The position numbers were made by a program, and so were the translations under genes. This document shows positions 13,618-17,139 of a stretch of 17,139 nt of DNA, in pieces. The notes beneath the pieces are model-generated. The model was not told where the DNA came from. It worked only from the letters and a program-made list of their open reading frames with translations, and did no database searches. The DNA is taken from positions 1-17,139 of the forward strand of contig JBBCAX010000325.1 in NCBI GenBank assembly GCA_051382335.1, in the 5' to 3' direction. Each line of letters starts with the position of its first letter. Positions within the stretch are counted from its first letter, which is position 1. The DNA comes from Deltaproteobacteria bacterium TL4 (GTDB lineage: Bacteria > SAR324 > NAC60-12).

Positions 13618-14612
13618 AAACAATGTCTCAATCACCCAACCCTCAAATCAGTTGGATCAGCTATAGCAATACTTTCTTTGAAGAAAAGGCTCTCAAAGAA
13701 ATGGGATTTTCCTTCAAGGAGGAAGCGGCGGTTTCATGGCTCCATGTTCAGGGAGCCCATGATGTCGAGATTTTGGCTCAAATGGGGGCCTTGTTTGAAG
13801 TGCATCCCCTGATGTCTGAAGAGATTCTCAATGTTCGAGGACGTCCCCGGATTGAAATTTTTGGCGAGAATATGTTGATTATTTTGAAACATATTTCTTT
13901 CGATGAAAATAAGATGGAACTCATCAAAGAACAGCTTAGTGTTGTTTGGGGACCGGGCTTTATTCTTTCGCTACAAGAAGGAACCTCTCCCATTTTTCAA
14001 CCCGTTATTGAAAATCTGCACCGTGAAAAAAGTAAACTTCGGACCATGGGCGATGATTATTTATTTCATGCGATGTTGGACACCATTGTGGATCACTACT
14101 ATGAAGTTCTGAATCAGATGGAACAGCTCATTGAAAATCTGGAGTCCGACGTTTTGAAGAACCCTACCAGTGAACGACTGGAAACGGTCTATCGTCTCAA
14201 GCGGGAAACCACTTCAATCAGTGTGTCCCTGTTACCGATGCGAGAAGTGGCCAGGAATCTTCAGAAAGGACAGCATGACGTCATTCAGCAGGAAAACCTG
14301 ATCTACTTCAGGGATGTTTATCACGACCTGGCTCAAGCGGTGGATACGGTAATCCAGTTGCAAGAAATGCTATCTTCTGTTCGGAACGCGTTTCATTCCG
14401 CAGTCAGTCACCGCATGAATCGGGTCATGAAAGTATTGACCATCATTTCTACCGTGTTTATGCCTCCCACCTTAATTACCAGCATTTATGGTATGAATTT
14501 TACCCACATCCCCGAACTTCAAGCTCACTGGGGCTACCCTATTGTGCTGATGTTCATCTTGTTGATCGTCATTTCGATGATGTTTTATTTTCGAAAGAAG
14601 AAAATCATATAA
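13608..14612 (+). CDS. corA: Magnesium/cobalt transporter CorA (paralogue 2)
   Basis: WLHVQG, VHPLMSEEILN...RPRIE, DYLFHAMLD, YFRDVY, MNRVMKVLT...YGMNFTHIPELQAHWGY and RKKKII. ATG 13608 overlaps the upstream gene by 10 nt; an alternative ATG is at 13623. Confidence 0.93.
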   Translation: MVLETMSQSPNPQISWISYSNTFFEEKALKEMGFSFKEEAAVSWLHVQGAHDVEILAQMGALFEVHPLMSEEILNVRGRPRIEIFGENMLIILKHISFDENKMELIKEQLSVVWGPGFILSLQEGTSPIFQPVIENLHREKSKLRTMGDDYLFHAMLDTIVDHYYEVLNQMEQLIENLESDVLKNPTSERLETVYRLKRETTSISVSLLPMREVARNLQKGQHDVIQQENLIYFRDVYHDLAQAVDTVIQLQEMLSSVRNAFHSAVSHRMNRVMKVLTIISTVFMPPTLITSIYGMNFTHIPELQAHWGYPIVLMFILLIVISMMFYFRKKKII

Positions 14613-14639
14613 CACCAGGGCGCTTATCCGACGGCAGGC

Positions 14640-15611
14640 TTATAACATTTTGGCAAGACGTCCCCGGATCAACGTCTCGGCTTCCGACATGATTCTGCTG
14701 ATCAGTTCCTCACAGGTCGGGATGTCATGAATCAGACCGGCAACCATTCCACAGGACCACGCTCCAGCGTCCATATCGCCAGTTTTCATGATTTTGGGAT
14801 AGATCCCCGCCACTTCTGCGATGATATCACCAAACGTAAGATCCTTCCCTAACTCCGCTTCTTTTTTAAGCAGACGTTCAACCGCAGAATTGTTTAGAAC
14901 ACGCTCCGTATTATGAAGAGGGCGCATGATCAAACGAGTATCTAGTTCCGAAGCCGCGACAATTGCTTTCTTTACATTTTCATGAACAGGGGCCTCCTTT
15001 GTGGCGATAAAGCGAGTCCCCATATTAATCCCCTCCGCACCCAAGGCGAGGGCGGCGACCAGGCTACGCGCATCAGCCATGCCTCCTGACGCGACAAACG
15101 GAATCTTTAGTTCTTCAGCCGCCCGTGGCAGCAGAATCATGTTAGGAATATCGTCTTCACCAGGATGGCCACCACATTCAAAGCCATCGACGGAAACCGC
15201 GTCACAGCCAATTTTTTCAGCTTTAAGCGCATGTCGCACTGAGGTACATTTGTGGATCACTTTTATCCCGGCCTGCTTCAACTTGGGCATGTATTCCTGG
15301 GGATTACGACCCGCGGTTTCGACAATGGTGATGCCTCCCTCAATGATGGCATCGATATAACCAGGATAATCTGGGGAACTGACTGTTGGCAGAAACGTCA
15401 GATTGACTCCAAACGGCTTCTTGGTCATCTCATGACAACGGGCAATTTCTTTAGCAAGGTCTTGCGGCGTCTTCTGTGTTAACCCTGTAATGATGCCTAA
15501 TCCTCCCGCATTAGAAACCGCTGCCGCTAACTCAGCAAATCCCACATAATGCATACCGCCCTGAATAATCGGATGTTGAATTCCCAACATTTCGGTAATT
15601 TTTGTTTTCAT
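14640..15611 (-). CDS. FMN-dependent oxidoreductase of the nitronate monooxygenase / 2-nitropropane dioxygenase-like family (PA1024-like NADH:quinone oxidoreductase subtype)
   Basis: HPIIQGGM, AAAVSNAGGLG, PFGVNL, ETAG, IHKCTSVRHA, DGFECGGHPGEDD, ASGGMAD, MGTRF, WSCGMVAGLIHD. ATG 15611 has AGGAG 9 nt upstream (323 aa); the ORF track's 15677 start is probably too long. Confidence 0.93.
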   Translation of the reverse strand: MKTKITEMLGIQHPIIQGGMHYVGFAELAAAVSNAGGLGIITGLTQKTPQDLAKEIARCHEMTKKPFGVNLTFLPTVSSPDYPGYIDAIIEGGITIVETAGRNPQEYMPKLKQAGIKVIHKCTSVRHALKAEKIGCDAVSVDGFECGGHPGEDDIPNMILLPRAAEELKIPFVASGGMADARSLVAALALGAEGINMGTRFIATKEAPVHENVKKAIVAASELDTRLIMRPLHNTERVLNNSAVERLLKKEAELGKDLTFGDIIAEVAGIYPKIMKTGDMDAGAWSCGMVAGLIHDIPTCEELISRIMSEAETLIRGRLAKML

Positions 15612-15899
15612 AGATCCACGCTCCTTATTTTTTATGCTGTTTGATGAAACTTTGCTCGAACACCAGCTCAAAATCAAAAATACAGTTCGATGACTAGTTT
15701 ACGAGAAGAATTCATCACCTGACATGGGAAGACGAAATAGTCAAACAACAAATAGCGTGTACCAGGCCAAGTCTTCGCTTGAAAGAGTGTTCGTTAACTC
15801 ACTAATTTAGGTTGAATGTATGACAAAAGCAGCATCATACGATTGGTTGGGGTGCTCAAGAATCATGAAGCCTGACTAAAAGTAATTTCAGAAATAAAA

Positions 15900-15929
15900 T
15901 TGTATCCTCTTCAAATTTACTGGTAAACT
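15900..15929 (+). promoter_or_regulatory. Candidate sigma70 promoter for the methyltransferase
   Basis: TTGTAT (15900-15905), 18-bp spacer, TAAACT (15924-15929), preceded by TGG (extended -10). Confidence 0.35.
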
Positions 15930-15950
15930 TCCAAAAATTTTCGTCCCAAA

Positions 15951-16005
15951 TGGTAGGGAGAGCGTCCAGCTCTCCAGCAAGGGCGAGACGCCCTTGCTAC
16001 TACCA
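15951..16005. repeat. Inverted doublet of GTAG-type REP elements (REPIN-like)
   Basis: TGGTAG-GGAGAGC-GTCCA-GCTCTCC-AGCAAGGGC-GAGAC-GCCCTTGCT-A-CTACCA: two perfect hairpins enclosed by TGGTAG/CTACCA. Confidence 0.7.
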
Positions 16006-16053
16006 GGAAATATAGAGAGGATACATAAAATTTAATAATTTCAAGGAGTACTT

Positions 16054-16866
16054 GTGATATCTGAGATAATTAAACAGGACAAACGGTTGAGTCATCAATA
16101 TGAGGAATTGTTAAACGTTCTGGATGAGACAGACAAGGCATTACTCCAGCGAGTGGATCACTATCTCCATGAGTATTCCAATTTTCATCATTTCACCTTG
16201 AAGCAAGTCATCGATGTTCAAAACCGCTTTGTCGAACGTTATCTGAAGGACTTAATCGAATTTGAGGAAGAACAACAATATCCTTGTGCCCTTGGCACAG
16301 CAAAGCAATTTAAAATTTCAAGAAAGGAATATGATCTCTCGCTAATGCTGTCGGTTTTGTTAACGAAGCATCGATTTACAATCATGAAAAGACTGAGCAC
16401 GATCTCAGAACCGTTGGGAAACACTTTAGTGGTGGGTGTTGGTTCTGGAATGGAAATCAGTTTGCTTCAGAATAAATATGAACGTCTGGATGCCTATGAT
16501 TTGAGAATAGATGACTTTCCCAAAACGAAGTTAGAGGAGGTTTCCTTTTACGAAAAAGAATACGTCTTCACTGGGGAACACTACAATACCGTTATCGCCA
16601 TCGAACTTTTAGAGCATTTGGAAAACCCCTTTGAACTTCTGAAGGCCTTCTGCCAGTCCCTCAAAAATAAGGGACAACTGATTCTGACAACAGCGACTAA
16701 TTTACCACAATTTGATCATCTTACTAATTTTTCAGAGGATGCGTTTTTTGAGGAAAAGCTTCAGGAAGCGGGTTTTGGCTTAAAGTTAAAAGAAGAAATA
16801 CCGCATCATTATCCTCTTGATATTCAGGCAAAGAATACCTTCTACATTTTTGAGAAAAATGAATAA
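16054..16866 (+). CDS. Class I SAM-dependent methyltransferase
   Basis: Gly-rich motif I LVVGVGSG, acidic motif AYDL, and YNTVIAIELLEHLENP...LKNKGQLILT. GTG start with AAGGAG upstream. About 120-aa N-terminal extension. Confidence 0.85.
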   Translation: MISEIIKQDKRLSHQYEELLNVLDETDKALLQRVDHYLHEYSNFHHFTLKQVIDVQNRFVERYLKDLIEFEEEQQYPCALGTAKQFKISRKEYDLSLMLSVLLTKHRFTIMKRLSTISEPLGNTLVVGVGSGMEISLLQNKYERLDAYDLRIDDFPKTKLEEVSFYEKEYVFTGEHYNTVIAIELLEHLENPFELLKAFCQSLKNKGQLILTTATNLPQFDHLTNFSEDAFFEEKLQEAGFGLKLKEEIPHHYPLDIQAKNTFYIFEKNE

Positions 16867-17026
16867 GTCGTCCCAGCCTTTAACTTTGATGAAGCTCGAT
16901 ATGCAGGAACGATCCAAGAGGCCCTTTCAAAAAGCAGTTCAATGGTTTTATGCTGAAGGCTCCAGGTCCTTGAGGGGATATGCGCTTGTGGTTCATGGCT
17001 TGAATTTATTGCGGGCTTGGTCGTAA
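16859..17026 (+). pseudogene. Probable truncated alpha/beta-hydrolase N-terminus, translationally coupled to the methyltransferase
   Basis: ATG 16859 overlaps the MTase stop (ATGAATAA). The peptide ...VQWFYAEGSRSLRGYALVVHGLNL resembles the strand plus HG oxyanion-loop start of alpha/beta hydrolases, then stops 5 codons later. Confidence 0.4.
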
Positions 17027-17139
17027 GTTCGGCCACCCTGTCTAAAAATTAGTAGAAATTGCAACTCAATCAGGAGTAGTGTATTAACAATTTTTCAAAA
17101 ATCATGTTAACCCTCTCACCCGAATGAACCATGCAATCA
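17012..17139. mobile_element. Possible left end of an insertion sequence interrupting the hydrolase-like ORF
   Basis: Coding-like sequence ends abruptly at CGGGCTTGGTCGTAAGTTCGGCCACC, which resembles IS-end sequences from memory. AT-rich non-coding sequence follows to the window edge. No transposase is visible. Confidence 0.28.

Noticed and set aside
9021..16424. Short ORFs nested in cheD, the PDE, corA, the oxidoreductase and the MTase, plus 12360-12617
   Set aside because: They overlap well-supported CDSs on the opposite strand or in another frame and show no protein-like signatures.
1..17139. Whole window as a composite transposon or defence island
   Set aside because: The two putative IS ends are dissimilar, the cargo is ordinary chromosomal signalling and transport genes, and no nuclease, reverse transcriptase, toxin or integrase motif was seen. 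No tRNA or rRNA was recognised.

Overview
Bacterial window, low-to-mid 40s % GC by eye. Gene content suggests a deltaproteobacterial-type organism (inference). It is dense in signal-transduction genes. Left to right: the 3' end of a probable ISKra4/ISLre2-like transposase with its terminal repeat; a TPR protein (+); a membrane PAS-PAS histidine kinase with no receiver domain (-); cheR (-); and, divergently, cheW, a soluble Aer2-like chemoreceptor with three PAS-heme-type domains, and a CheD homologue lacking its catalytic Cys (+). Next come a cold-shock protein (-), a cNMP-GGDEF(degenerate)-EAL phosphodiesterase (+), two tandem corA paralogues (+), a PA1024-like flavin oxidoreductase (-), a SAM methyltransferase (+) and a truncated alpha/beta-hydrolase-like ORF that may be cut by an IS end. 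No cheA, cheY or cheB is present. The most interesting signal is this orphan, probably O2-sensing chemosensory cassette, in which several components show specific losses: pseudo-CheD, a REC-less kinase, and a short-loop CheR next to a pentapeptide-tailed receptor. Intergenic DNA holds a GTAG-type REP doublet, a second REP-like hairpin and a MITE-like heptamer-repeat element. All calls come from reading motifs by eye; no searches were run.
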